Shown here piece after piece: positions 13,104 to 25,515 of a stretch of DNA of 64,000 bases; within the stretch, counting starts at the first letter, position 1; every line of letters begins with the position of its first letter. The stretch spans positions 13,568,104 to 13,632,103 of the forward strand of contig NC_057752.1 of assembly GCF_004010195.1 (NCBI RefSeq), written 5' to 3'. This stretch comes from Chiloscyllium plagiosum (lineage: Eukaryota). The position numbers and the translations under genes are program-made. The notes under the pieces were generated by a model, which was not told the origin of the DNA, ran no database searches, and saw only the letters and a program-made list of their open reading frames with translations.

Positions 13104-14757
13104 CAGTGTTCAGTTCAGTCTCAGTCCCACATTGAGCACTGTGTCCAGTTCAGTCTCAGTCTCACATTGAGCACTGTGTCCAGTTCAGTCTCAGTCCCAC
13201 ATTGGGCACTGTGTCCAGTTCAGTGTCAGTCCCACATTGAGCACTGTGTCCAGTTCAGTGTCAGTCCCACATTGAGCACTGTGTCCAGTTCAGTCTCAGT
13301 CCCACATTGGGCACTGTGTCCAGCTCAGTGTCAGACCCACATTGGGCACTGTGTCCAGTTCAGTCTCAGTCCCACATTGAGCACTGTGCCCAGTTCAGTC
13401 TCAGTCCCACATTGAGCACTGTGTCCAGTTCAGTCTCAGTCCCACATTGAGCACTGTGTCCAGTTCAGTATCAGTCCCACATTGAGCACTGTGTCCAGTT
13501 CAGTATCAGTCCCACATTGAGCACTGTGTCCAGTTCAGTATCAGTCCCACATTGAGCACTGTGTCCAGTTCAGTATCAGTCCCACATTGAGCACTGTGTC
13601 CAGTTCAGTATCAGTCCCACATTGAGCACTGTGTCCAGTTCAGTATCAGTCCCACATTGAGCACTGTGTCCAGTTCAGTATCAGTCCCACATTGAGCACT
13701 GTGTCCAGTTCAGTATCAGTCCCACATTGAGCACTGTGTCCAGTTCAGTATCAGTCCCACATTGAGCACTGTGTCCAGTTCAGTATCAGTCCCACATTGA
13801 GCACTGTGTCCAGTTCAGTATCAGTCCCACATTGAGCACTGTGTCCAGTTCAGTATCAGTCCCACATTGAGCACTGTGTCCAGTTCAGTATCAGTCCCAC
13901 ATTGAGCACTGTGTCCAGTTCAGTATCAGTCCCACATTGAGCACTGTGTCCAGTTCAGTATCAGTCCCACATTGAGCACTGTGTCCAGTTCAGTATCAGT
14001 CCCACATTGAGCACTGTGTCCAGTTCAGTATCAGTCCCACATTGAGCACTGTGTCCAGTTCAGTCTCAGTCCCACATTGAGCACTGTGTCCAGTTCAGTA
14101 TCAGTCCCACATTGAGCACTGTGTCCAGTTCAGTATCAGTCCCACATTGAGCACTGTGTCCAGTTCAGTATCAGTCCCACATTGAGCACTGTGTCCAGTT
14201 CAGTATCAGTCCCACATTGAGCACTGTGTCCAGTTCAGTATCAGTCCCACATTGAGCACTGTGTCCAGTTCAGTATCAGTCCCACATTGAGCACTGTGTC
14301 CAGTTCAGTATCAGTCCCACATTGAGCACTGTGTCCAGTTCAGTATCAGTCCCACATTGAGCACTGTGTCCAGTTCAGTATCAGTCCCACATTGAGCACT
14401 GTGTCCAGTTCAGTATCAGTCCCACATTGAGCACTGTGTCCAGTTCAGTATCAGTCCCACATTGAGCACTGTGTCCAGTTCAGTATCAGTCCCACATTGA
14501 GCACTGTGTCCAGTTCAGTATCAGTCCCACATTGAGCACTGTGTCCAGTTCAGTATCAGTCCCACATTGAGCACTGTGTCCAGTTCAGTATCAGTCCCAC
14601 ATTGAGCACTGTGTCCAGTTCAGTATCAGTCCCACATTGAGCACTGTGTCCAGTTCAGTATCAGTCCCACATTGAGCACTGTGTCCAGTTCAGTCTCAGT
14701 CCCACATTGAGCACTGTGCCCAGTTCAGTGTCAGTCCCACATTGAGCACGGTGTCCT
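13104..14757. repeat. 35-bp minisatellite, about 47 copies (gtgtccagttcagtatcagtcccacattgagcact)
   Basis: Directly visible, near-perfect periodicity with no spacers. Confidence 0.98.
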
Positions 14758-15579
14758 GTTGGGATCAGGTCATATTTTAAGGGACGTGACTGCACTCTGG
14801 AGAGGTGTTAGATTCTCAAAGCAAGTCGGGTGAGAGGGTGCGGGATACTTGCAAACGGGTTGCAGGTCCAATGCAGCCCCTAGTTTGAGACTCTGCTTTG
14901 TGTCCTGGTTTCATCATTCTATGAGCAATCACATCACCTGCTTTCTGAGAACCTGGGCCAGCTGATCTTGCTGCAATAAGAATACCTCTCAGCCCTGCGG
15001 ATTTACACGGACAAGTTTGAACAGGAGGTTTCATTCTGAATGCAGACACTGGAAAATTAGACTGGAATGTCAGCCCTGTTGGTCTTTTCCATGATGAGGT
15101 GAGGCCATCTTTATTCATCGCTGCAGGCGATGATCTGAAATTCTGCTCCTTCCAACATTTATCTTAAATGGAAGCGTGGTTATCCACATTCCATCAGGCA
15201 GATTATTTGCAAAGAATCTACCCTCAAAGTGACATGACTTTGCAGTTTCAACCTGAAACTGCCCTCCCTTAGTGGGAATGGATATTCCCTGCTGCATAAT
15301 CACTGTTGCATTCCCAGCAATGGTTCATGTTCACTTTTGTATGCCTTGATGTAGTCGCATTTCCACCAGACTTTTTCCAAGCTTACTGAGAGATTCATTA
15401 CAGTCTCAGACAAGACCTCCTGTGAAAAAGTGTCGAATGAACTGCCCAAGCATCACGATGAGCTGTCAATGAAGTGGTGCTTTCTCACTCGTTAAACACC
15501 TTGGTGACATCCCAACCTGCCTCTTTAATTTTCAAGTACCTTTCCAAATAGGTCGACCAAGCTCGATTTGGAAGCCGGA

Positions 15580-15965
15580 GCTATTTAACCTATCCACACC
15601 CCGCACCACTTTATAAACCTCAATGAGGTCAGCCTCCGACACTCCAGGGAAAACAGCCCCAGCCTGTTCAGCCTCTCCCTGTAGCTCAAACCCTGGCAAC
15701 ATCCTTGTCAATCTTTTGTGAACCCTTTCAATTTCACAACATCCTTTCAATAGGAGGGAGACCAGAATTGCAGACAATAGTCCAAAAGTGGTCTAACCAA
15801 TGTTAGGCTGCAACATGACCTCCCATCAGTGCTGTACTCAGTGCTCTGACAATTAAAAATCACACAACACCAGGTTATAGTCCAACAGGCACTAGCTTTC
15901 AAGGCACTGCCACTTCATCAGGTGGTTGTCTGACCAATAGAGGAATGCATACCAAACGCCTTGTC
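15580..15965 (-). mobile_element. CR1 fragment containing a short Penelope-derived insert (about 15853-15928)
   Basis: KRLTRMLPG on the minus strand; insert ttaaaaatcacacaacaccaggttatagtccaacagg also occurs near 39235. Confidence 0.75.
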
Positions 15966-16189
15966 AATTAGCTCAGCAGGGCTCGATCTAAAGGGCGGAC
16001 ATCTTGCCACACAGCAGTGTGCTCCAGATATGGCCTGCACATAGAACAAACTGATGGCGTGAGCTGACTCATTGGGCATCTGTCTTGGATACGGGCAGGT
16101 CAGGCACTTTAGCAGTGACTGCTCTCAAAAGCGAGCCATAAGGTGAGAGCAACGGGCCAACTGACAGAAAAATGGGTCACCACAGTTTT

Positions 16190-16519
16190 ATCAAAAACAC
16201 TGCAGGAGGAAGGAAGGTGTCCCAGCAGGCGATGAAGCCAAACAACAGAATAAAACGCTGAAGGAAGGGGGGAAAAAAAAAGGAGGAAGCTAATAAAAAA
16301 AAATACAGACTTGATTAAACGGATGCAGGCCAAACAGGTAGGAACGGCCTCCCTAATCAAAAACACTGCAGGAGGAAGGAAGGTGTCCCAGCAGGCGATG
16401 AAGCCAAACAACAGAATAAAACGCTGAAGGAAGGGGGAAGAAAAAAGGAGGAAGCTGATAAAAAAAATACAGACTTGATTAAACGGATGCAGGCCAAACA
16501 GGTAGGAACGGCCTCCCTA
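16190..16519. repeat. Direct tandem duplication of about 165 bp (16190-16355 / 16356-16519)
   Basis: Two near-identical copies starting atcaaaaacactgcaggagg and ending ggcctcccta. Confidence 0.95.
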
Positions 16520-17249
16520 GGGGGGAGACCTGAGAATGTCTGTGACCACACTGACAGGGGGACAGAATGTGAATCGACCCAGGACTGTTGGTATCTATTA
16601 CAAACAAGGAAAAGCCCTTCAAGTCCAGCGGGAAATCTCAGCGTGAGGAGCCGGAGACTCGAAGCTAGGAGACGTGAGCGGGTACCTTAAATACTGGAAA
16701 GCGTCAAGGTGCCAGTCCGGTTCTGGATATGCCCGAATGGCGGGGGCACTACTTTGTGTATAGACACTCAACGGCTATTGGGGAGGGGGGGGGAATATAG
16801 ATCCACGAGAGTACACGATGGCGCAGAGAAAAGGGAAATAAATGCATCCAGTCTGCATGATGGTTGGGTACGCTTGCATTGGGCTTGTAGAACAGATTGG
16901 CATGCACTGGCAAACTATGGGCATTATGTGGAATGTTCCCAGACATATAGGCAAGACCTCAACAGGAGATTGGATATATGCCAGTAGACTTAATTGAAGT
17001 ACCAGGACTGACACACCTCCCTAAGAAACAACACTCAATGAAAGCAGAAGCCACAGCTGCTGTCGTCAACATAATCAAGGACCGAGGGGAGTAGGGAATA
17101 GTGGGATACGTCGCTCCGCCCACTGACTCTCTACTTGGGGTCAGCTAAAAAGCAGGATGGGTCATATCGACTCACTGTAGACTAGCAGGGCCCTGCGAGC
17201 CGTCATTCCCCAATTAACATCCGATTGTAGCACGGGGTGGGGGGAGCGA

Positions 17250-17568
17250 AAGCCGAATGGTATTCTTGCTGGACTGTTAACCCAGAGACCCGGGTTCAAA
17301 TCCTGCCGTGGCTGATGGTGGAATTTGAATTCAACTAAAAAAAAAATGTACAACTTTAATGATGGCCATGAATCCATTGTTGCGGGGCTGGGGAGTCCAT
17401 CTGGTTCACAAATGCCCTCTAGGGAAGGAAACTGGCCCTTACCTGGTCTGGGCCTACACGTGACTAGAGACCCACAGCCATGTCACTAACCTGGGCAATT
17501 AGGGATGGGCAATAAATGCTGCCCTAGCCAGCGACACCCCTATCTGATGCAGGGATTAAAAAAAAATA
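17250..17568 (+). mobile_element. tRNA-derived SINE with L2-type tail
   Basis: B-box ggttcaaatcc; tail gggcaattagggatgggcaataaatgc shared with the LINE ends near 36390 and 46840; minus-strand copies near 24150-24450 and 45160-45500. Confidence 0.75.
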
Positions 17569-17606
17569 CCAACCCTGCCACCATCTTCAATGTATACTGC
17601 CCTAGA

Positions 17607-18162
17607 TATGTCGGATGTTGGGACGTCATGTTGAGGTTGTACAGGACATTGGTGAGGCCATTTCTGGAGAACTGTGCCCAGTTCTGGTCGCCCTGTTACA
17701 GGAAGGATATTATTAAACTGGAGAGGGTTCAGAAGAGATTTACCAGGATGTTAAAGGGAATGGGGGGACTGAATTATAAGGAGAGGCTGGGACTTTTTCA
17801 CTGGAGCGTAGGAGGTTGAGGGGTGACCTTATAGAGGCTTATAAAATCATGAGGGATATAGATAAAGTGAATAGCAAAGGTCTTTTCTCCAGGGTGGGGA
17901 ATTTCAAGTCAGGTGAGAGGAGAAAGTTTTAAAAAGGACATGAGAGGCAGTTTGTTTTACACAGAGAGTGGTTCCCGTGTGGAATGAACTTCCTGAGGAA
18001 GTGGTGGATGTGGGTACAGTTACAATGTTTAAAAGATATTTGGATAAGGACATGACTAGGAAAGAGTTGGAGGGAGATGGGCCAGGAGCAGGCAGGTGGG
18101 ACTAGTTTAGTTTGGGATTAGGGTCAGCCGAAGAGTCTATTCCCGTGCCATGTGACTCTATG
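17607..18162 (+). mobile_element. CR1 LINE 3' end
   Basis: LYRTLVRPFLENCAQFWSP...ERVQKRFTRM. Confidence 0.9.
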
Positions 18163-18299
18163 ACACGTTGAATCTATTGAGTAGATGTTGATGGTGGAAA
18201 GGAATTGGGAGAGAAAGTGCAAAATATTGCCACCAGTGTGTCAGATTCCTCACTGAGGGAGAGCAGTGAAGATTACAACACCAACCCTGACCACATCGG

Positions 18300-19930
18300 T
18301 CCAAGCAGAATGCCAGTGGCGTGCTGTCACCTGCCCTAACAGCCCCAGACTTACCTGTTCCCTCCGTCACTGCTGCAGATATCAGCTCAGTCTTCCTGAG
18401 AGGAAACCCGAGGATAGCGACGGGCCCAAACAGTGTTTCTGGCCATGCACTTAGATCCTGTGCAGACCAGCTGGGGGAGGTATTCACTGATGTCTTCAAC
18501 CTCTCCCTCCTTCAAGCCACAGTCCCCACCTGCTTCAAGAAGACCACCATCATCCCAGTACCTAAGAAAGCACATGCAATGTGCCTTAATGACTGCTGCC
18601 CTGTGGCTCTGACCTCCATAACCATGAAGTGCTTCGAGAGGCTGATCGTGGCCCACATCGCCTCGAGTCTCCTAGCCTGCTTTGATGCCCTGCAATTTGC
18701 CTACCCATGTAACAAGTCTATAGGGGACTCCATTTCCCTGGCCCTGCACTCCTGCCTGGAACATCTGGACAACAAGGGCACCTACATCAGACTCCTGCTC
18801 ATTGACTGCAGCACTGCCTTCAACACCATGATCCCCTCCAGACTGATCCCAAAACTCTGAGACCTCGGTGTCAGCTCCACCCTCTGCACTTGGATCCTCA
18901 GCTTCCCGACCCACAGACTGCAATCAGTGAGGATAGACAACAGCACTTCCTGCACAATAACAGTCAGCACTGGAGGCCCCCAAGGATGCGATCTCAGCCT
19001 CCTACTGTACTCCCTGGACACCCACGACTGCATAACTAAATTCGGAATGAATGCCATCTACAAGTTTGTTGATGACAGCACCATGGTAGGATGGATATCA
19101 AACAACAGGGAGTCAGAATACAGGAAGGAGATAGAGGGCTTGGTGACATGGTGTAATCAGAACAACCTCTCTCTCAACGTCGGCCAAACTAAAGAACTGA
19201 GCATTGACTTCAGGAAGGGAGGAGGAGAACACCCCCCCATCTACACCAACGGAATGGAGGCTGAGAGGGAGGACAGCGACAAGTTCCTCGGAATGACAAT
19301 AACTGACAGTCTGTCCTGGTCTTCCCACGTATAGTCGATGTGACAGTCAAGGAGGTGTAATAATGTCTCCCCTTCCTCAGGCAGCTCAGGAAATTCAGCG
19401 TGTCCACAAGGACCCTCACCAACATCTCCAGATGCTCCACAGAAAGCAGACTGTCCAGGTACATAACGGCCTGGTACGGCAACTGCTCTGCCCAGGACCG
19501 TAACAAACTACAGAGGGTGGTGTGCACAGCCCAGACCATCACGAAAGCCAACCTCCCCTCCATGGACTCCATTTACATGTGGTGGAAAGGCTGCCAACCT
19601 CATCAAAGACCCCTCCCACCCCGAGAATGCTCTCTGCAACCCCTTCCATCAGGCTGAAGAGACAGAAGCTTGAACACACTCCAGTAGGTTCAGGAACAGC
19701 TTCTTCCCGGCTGTTATTAGGCTACTGAATGGGCCTCTCTAACTTCAAATAATGTTGATCATTCCTAGCTCACACCCTGTGCAGTGTAACTCTGTATGCT
19801 TCTCTCTGTCCATGCACCCTGTGATCTGTAAGTCCTTGCTTACCATGATCTGCCTGTACTGCTGACAAAACAAAGCTTTTCATTGTACTCAGGTACACGT
19901 GACTATTATAAATCAAATCAAGTCAAATCC
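18300..19930 (+). mobile_element. Rex1/Babar-like LINE (RT to 3' end), degraded
   Basis: [57 protein letters not shown]; (aaatc)n-like tail. Confidence 0.85.
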
Positions 19931-19959
19931 AAGGGGGCCCTGGGAACACATACAGATCG

Positions 19960-21250
19960 ATTTTACTGGACTATTCCCTCTTGTTCAAGAAGGGGAGTAG
20001 AGAAAACCCTGATAATTATAGACCTTTCAGCCTTACTTCGGGTGTGGATAAAGTGTTGGAAAAGGTTATAAGAGATAGGATTTACAATCATCTCGATAGG
20101 AATAAGTTGATTAGGGATCGTCAACACGGCTTTGTGAAGGGTAGGTATTGCCTCACAAACCTTATTGAGTTCTTTGAGACGGTGACCAAACAGGTGGATG
20201 AGGGTAAAGCAGTTGATGTGGGGTATATGGATTTCAGTAAGGTGTTTGATAAGGTTCCCCACGGTAGGCCATTGCACAAAATACAGAGGCTATGGATTGA
20301 GGATGGTTTGAATCAGAAATTGGCTGGGTGAAAGACGACAGAGGGCGGTGGTTGATGGGAAATGTTCATCCTGGAGTTCAGTTACTAGTGGTGTACCGCA
20401 AGGATCTGTTTTGGGGCCACTGCTGTTTGTCATTTTTATAAATGACCTAGATGAGGGCATAGAAGGATGGGTTAGTAAATTTGCGAATGAAACTAAGGTT
20501 AGTGGAGTTGTGAACAGTGCGGAAGGATGTTACAGGTTACAGAGGGACATAGATAAGCTGCAGAGCTGGGCTGAGAGGTGGCAAATGGAGTTTAATGTGG
20601 AAAAGGGTGAGGTGATTCACTTTGGAAGGAGCAACAGGAATGCAGAGTACTGGGCTAATAGTAAGATTCTCGGTAGTGTAGATGAGCAAAGAATCTCAGT
20701 GTCCATGTACATAGATCTCTGAAAGTTGATAGGGTTGTTAAGGAAGCATACGGTGTGTTAGCTTTTATTGGGAGAGGGATTGAGTTTCGGAACCACAAGG
20801 TCATGCTGCAGCTGGACAAAACTCTGGTGTGGCCGCACTTGGAGTATTGCGTACAGTTCTGGTCACCACATTATAGGAAGGATGTGGAAGATTTGGAAAG
20901 GGCTCAGAGGAGATTTACTCGGATGTTGCCAGGTATGGAGGGAAGGTCTTACGAGGAAAGGCTGAGGGCCTTGAGGCTGTTTTCATTAGAGAGAAGAAGG
21001 TTGAGAGGTGACTTAATAGAGACATACAAGATAATCAGAGGGTTAGATTGGGTGGGCAGGGAGAGCCTTTTTCCTCAGATGGCGATGGCTCGCACGAGGG
21101 GACATAGCTTTAGCACGAGGGGACATAGCTTTAAAATGAGGGGTGATAGATCGAGGACAGATGTCAGTGAGTGCCCAGTAGACTCACCAACTTTAAGGGC
21201 ATTTAAATGGTCATTGTACAGGCATATGGATGAAAATGGAATAATGTAGG
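19960..21250 (+). mobile_element. CR1 LINE ORF2 (RT) to 3' end
   Basis: FKKGSRENPDNYRP, GVPQGSVLGP, PHLEYCVQFWSP. Confidence 0.93.
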
Positions 21251-21251
21251 A

Positions 21252-21508
21252 TTGATCGCTTTCACAGAAGAACCGCTCCCATGGTGGGGAATGTCTATTC
21301 AGATGGACTCTGATCAGGGAAGCCATTTTACAGGGAGACTCACAAATGAGATTTGTAAACTCCCAGGGATTAGGCCGAGATTTCATATCCATATCACCCA
21401 CAGAGCTCCAGGATGGTGGAGAATGTCATTGGCTAAGGCAAAACAGGACATGGGGATGGGGCTGGGCAGAAGTACTACCAGGTATATTGATGCATCTCAG
21501 GGCTAGAA
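21252..21508 (+). mobile_element. Endogenous retrovirus / LTR retroelement integrase core fragment (frameshifted)
   Basis: WGMSIQMDSDQGSHFTG...C..PGI...FHI, then YHPQSSRMVE in a shifted frame: rve DDE signature. Confidence 0.8.
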
Positions 21509-21546
21509 TCATCGATTCCCAACAGTGTGGAAACAGGCCCTTCAAC

Positions 21547-22046
21547 NNNNNNNNNNNNNNNNNNNNNNNNNNNNNNNNNNNNNNNNNNNNNNNNNNNNNN
21601 NNNNNNNNNNNNNNNNNNNNNNNNNNNNNNNNNNNNNNNNNNNNNNNNNNNNNNNNNNNNNNNNNNNNNNNNNNNNNNNNNNNNNNNNNNNNNNNNNNNN
21701 NNNNNNNNNNNNNNNNNNNNNNNNNNNNNNNNNNNNNNNNNNNNNNNNNNNNNNNNNNNNNNNNNNNNNNNNNNNNNNNNNNNNNNNNNNNNNNNNNNNN
21801 NNNNNNNNNNNNNNNNNNNNNNNNNNNNNNNNNNNNNNNNNNNNNNNNNNNNNNNNNNNNNNNNNNNNNNNNNNNNNNNNNNNNNNNNNNNNNNNNNNNN
21901 NNNNNNNNNNNNNNNNNNNNNNNNNNNNNNNNNNNNNNNNNNNNNNNNNNNNNNNNNNNNNNNNNNNNNNNNNNNNNNNNNNNNNNNNNNNNNNNNNNNN
22001 NNNNNNNNNNNNNNNNNNNNNNNNNNNNNNNNNNNNNNNNNNNNNN
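21547..22046. other. Assembly gap (500 N)
   Basis: N-run; the round size suggests a scaffolding gap of unknown length. Confidence 0.99.
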
Positions 22047-22217
22047 GCACTTCAACTGCTGCTAACTTATCCAGACGGTAACAAATCCACAGTAGGGCTT
22101 GCGGCTTCAGGTGTACCGCTCACAGAATGGTATCTTTCTCATGCCAATCAGCTTCATGACTATTTTGCCTTTCACATGTTTTCTCTTTGTCATTGCACAG
22201 AATATCCATTTCAACCA

Positions 22218-22950
22218 ATCATAGAGTCATGGAGATGTGCAGCACAGATCAGACCCTTTGATCCTACTTGCTGACCAGCTATCCTAAATTAATCTAATCC
22301 CATTTGCCAGCACCCGGCCCATATCCCTCCAAACCCTTCCTATTCATATACCCATCCAGATGCCTTTTAAATGTTGCAATTGTACCAGCCTCCACCACTT
22401 CCCCTGGCAGCTCATTCCATACACACGTACCACTCTCTGTGTGAAAAACCCACCCCTTAGGTTCCTTTTCAATCTTGCCCCTCTCACCTTCAACCTATGC
22501 CCTTTCTGGACACCCATACCCTGGGCAAAAGACCCGTCTCTATTTACCCTATCCGTGCCCCTTGTGATTTTCTAAACCTATGCAAGGTCACCCCTCAATG
22601 TTCCAGGGGAAAACAGCCCCAGCCTGTTCAGCCTCTCCCTGTAGCTCAAACCCTCCAACCCTGGCAACATCCTTGTAAATCTTTTCTGAGCCCTTTCAAG
22701 TTTCACAACGCCCTTCCTATACCAGGATTGCATGCAGTATTCCAAAAGTGGCTTCACCAATCTCCTGTATAGCCGCAACATGACCTCCCAACTCCTACAC
22801 GCATAGAACAGCACAGCAAAGTACAGACCCTTCAGCCCTCGATGTTGTGTGGGCCCTTTATCCTGTCAGACTAACCAACATACCCTTCACTGCACACTCG
22901 ATGCACTGACCAATAAAGGCAAGCATGCTGAACGCTTTCTTCACTACCTC
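22218..22950 (-). mobile_element. CR1 LINE 3' fragment
   Basis: LYRRLVKPLLEYC...ERAQKRFTRMLPGL. Confidence 0.88.
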
Positions 22951-25102
22951 CCTTCCCATCACTTCCAATCCAGTCAAACACTGACAATGCCAAATGTTTT
23001 CTACATGACTGAGGTAAAAGTAAGTTCCCATCCACAATCCACAAGTTTTGGCTGTATCATAATTTAGAGTCACGCACTGAGAGTGGAAAAAACGGACCCT
23101 TTCTCGACTGATGTTGGCCTCATCAGTGACGTGCACATCCCGTGAATGAAAACAATTGCCTCTCCACAAGTTTATCCCCAACCCAATGACATATCCACAA
23201 AAGGCAGACACTGATGGATACCTACGGTGGTTAGCACAGGCTGTGTAGGTGCGTTGGATTTGTTGCAACCCTGGTGTGACCTATTTGTTGTTCTGGCTGT
23301 TCGGGTGTGTGAAGTAACTACTGTCCTTGCTGCTGTTCTCGTCACTGACTGATCTGTGTTGTCCTGCAGAGCTTTACTCCGAATCAAATTGCGCTGTGCC
23401 AAAAGAATAAAATGCAGCATGCAGTTACAGAAGGCTGGAATCTTTATTAAAATAATCTATTTTAAAACGAAGAAACGCAGTACCAAAATTCGTAAACTGC
23501 AGACGAAACAAAACTCCCGCTGTGTCACACCCAAGTTAGTCCCTTTAACTGCTAAGGATGAAATCCCACAGTAATCTCCATACCATTTTATCAATTATTT
23601 ATATTTTAAATTATAGTGCGAAAGACAATTCTTCGCAAAACCAGCCCCTTGCTATAAAAAGGGCATTGTTTTATTTGACAACAGTAATTAAGTCGTTACC
23701 AAATGACTCATGATGAGCTATGGCAGGAATTGGGTCATCTTGTCACAGTTTGTTGAAACAGCCCGTGGAGTGTTCACGGCTGGATTCTGCCTTTTCTAGT
23801 CAGAAGGCTGTAGGGAAGGGGCATTCTGCCTCAGGACCGGGAGGTGAGCAGTGGGGGAGGGGTTGGGGGGATGTAATTGAAAGCTGTGTTTCGATTGTAC
23901 CTATTCCTAGCTGGGCCAGAAGACAGCCTCATAAGCCCCACGGTCTCTAATGGCGGTGACAAACAGCCTTATCAAAGGGGAGATGAGAGGGAATAACAAT
24001 GAGAATGCAGCAGGTACAACTACTGCTCCCTCCAAAAACAAAACGACAGGTCAAAATGTGCTCGCTGCAGTAGTATAGAACATTTGATCATCTGCTTGTT
24101 TTATTCAGTGCCCAATCCCATTGACTGCGAAGGAACTACATTTTTATTGATACTCATTCACAGAACATGGCTAGGCCCAGCATTTATTACCTATCCCTAA
24201 TTACCCAGAGGGCAGTTAAGAGTCAACCACTTTGGCTGTGGGTCTGGAGTTATATGTAGGCCCAGACCAGGTGAGGATGGCAGTTTCCTTCCCTGAAGGA
24301 CATTCACAAACCGAATGAGATTTTTCCATGGTCATCAGTCGCTTCTGGATTCCAGGTCCTTTTTTGGCTTATTTTTACTCAAATGCCACCATCTGCCGTG
24401 GCAAGATTCGAACCCGGGTCCCCAGAGCATTAGCTGAGTTTCTGGATCATCACCTCCCCCATTGAATCTGTCTCCCCACTCTGCCAACGGGACAAAGTTC
24501 AGATTTTGTCCACCCCAGTTCAACACCGGCACCTCCACATCAAGTTTCACTAAAATCGTGGAATGTGTTGGTGTTTATCTTCATCTCATTTGACCAGACC
24601 ATACAACTCCTCCCATATATGTGAAATTAAAAAATATGCCTCATAATGGATGGGACTTGAACCCAGACCACGTGGTAGAGACAGTATCACTGTGCGACAG
24701 GAGCCCTTATACACACTATCCTAATATGCCATTAATACTGTATGTCTGCATTTTAATATGGGAGGAATTTGCTCTTCAAGCACTATTGGTTTCACTCTCC
24801 TTTATCTACCACATGGATATCAACTATTATTGGCTTCTTTTCTCCAATTCCTTAAACCTCTCTTCCGTTATGAAGTTGAAGGCGTGTACTGTACCTTTAA
24901 GAAGCGAGTGACTGCTGTTCTGAACTGACAGCTTATAAGTAACTGTGTGATATGACTAGATGACAGTCCCAGAGTGTACTGGAAAATTTAAAATGTATAA
25001 CATTTGACTGTGAAATGGATACCTGAGTTTTGGTGGCTGTTTTGACAACAATTTGAATTGAACCAATCAGTTGAAATTATGCCCCAGGATATGAAAACCC
25101 AA

Positions 25103-25515
25103 AGTTTGTGAGAAGATTTGTAGCTCGGGTGCTCGTTGTTGTGGTTCTGTTCACCGAGCTGGAAATTTGTGTTGCAGACGTTTCGTCCCCTGTCTAGGTG
25201 ACATCCTCAGTGCTTGGGAACCTCCTGTGAAGCGCTTCTGTGGTGTTTCCTCCGGCATTTGTAGTGGTTTGAATCTGCTGCTTCCGGTTATCAGTTCCAG
25301 CTGTCAATTTGTGTTGCAGATGTTTCGTCCCCATATATCGACCACTGCAGCGGACAGCTGGAACTGACAACCGGAAGCGGCAGATTCAAACCACTACAAA
25401 TGCCGGAGGAAAGATCACAGAAGCGCTTCACAGGAGGCTCCCAAGCACTGAGGATGTCACCTAGACAGGGGACGAAACGTCTGCAACACAAATTCCCAGC
25501 TCGGCGAACAGAACC
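25103..25515. mobile_element. Penelope-like element: inverted pLTR pair with 14-bp TSD
   Basis: About 25142-25305 is the inverted repeat of about 25352-25515; TSD atatgaaaacccaa at 25089-25102 and 25516-25529. Confidence 0.9.
25445..25484 (+). ncRNA. Minimal type I hammerhead ribozyme motif (antisense copy at 25174-25213)
   Basis: gca-CTGAGGA-t-gtcacct/agac/aggggac-GAAA-cGTC-tgc: intact core, stem II, GUC site and stem I gca/tgc. Confidence 0.78.

Noticed and set aside
13104..14757. CRISPR-like array (35-bp period)
   Set aside because: Units are contiguous with no unique spacers, there are no cas genes, and the DNA is vertebrate.
14816..15303. Minus-strand ORFs as missing B4GALNT1 exons
   Set aside because: No similarity to recalled B4GALNT1 N-terminal motifs and no convincing splice-site pair.
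21091..21133. 21-bp tandem duplication in CR1
   Set aside because: Ordinary slippage in a dead element.
21346..22274. Long ORFs in the track across N-runs (also 52042-52794 and 57692-58342)
   Set aside because: Their length is an artefact of translating assembly gaps.
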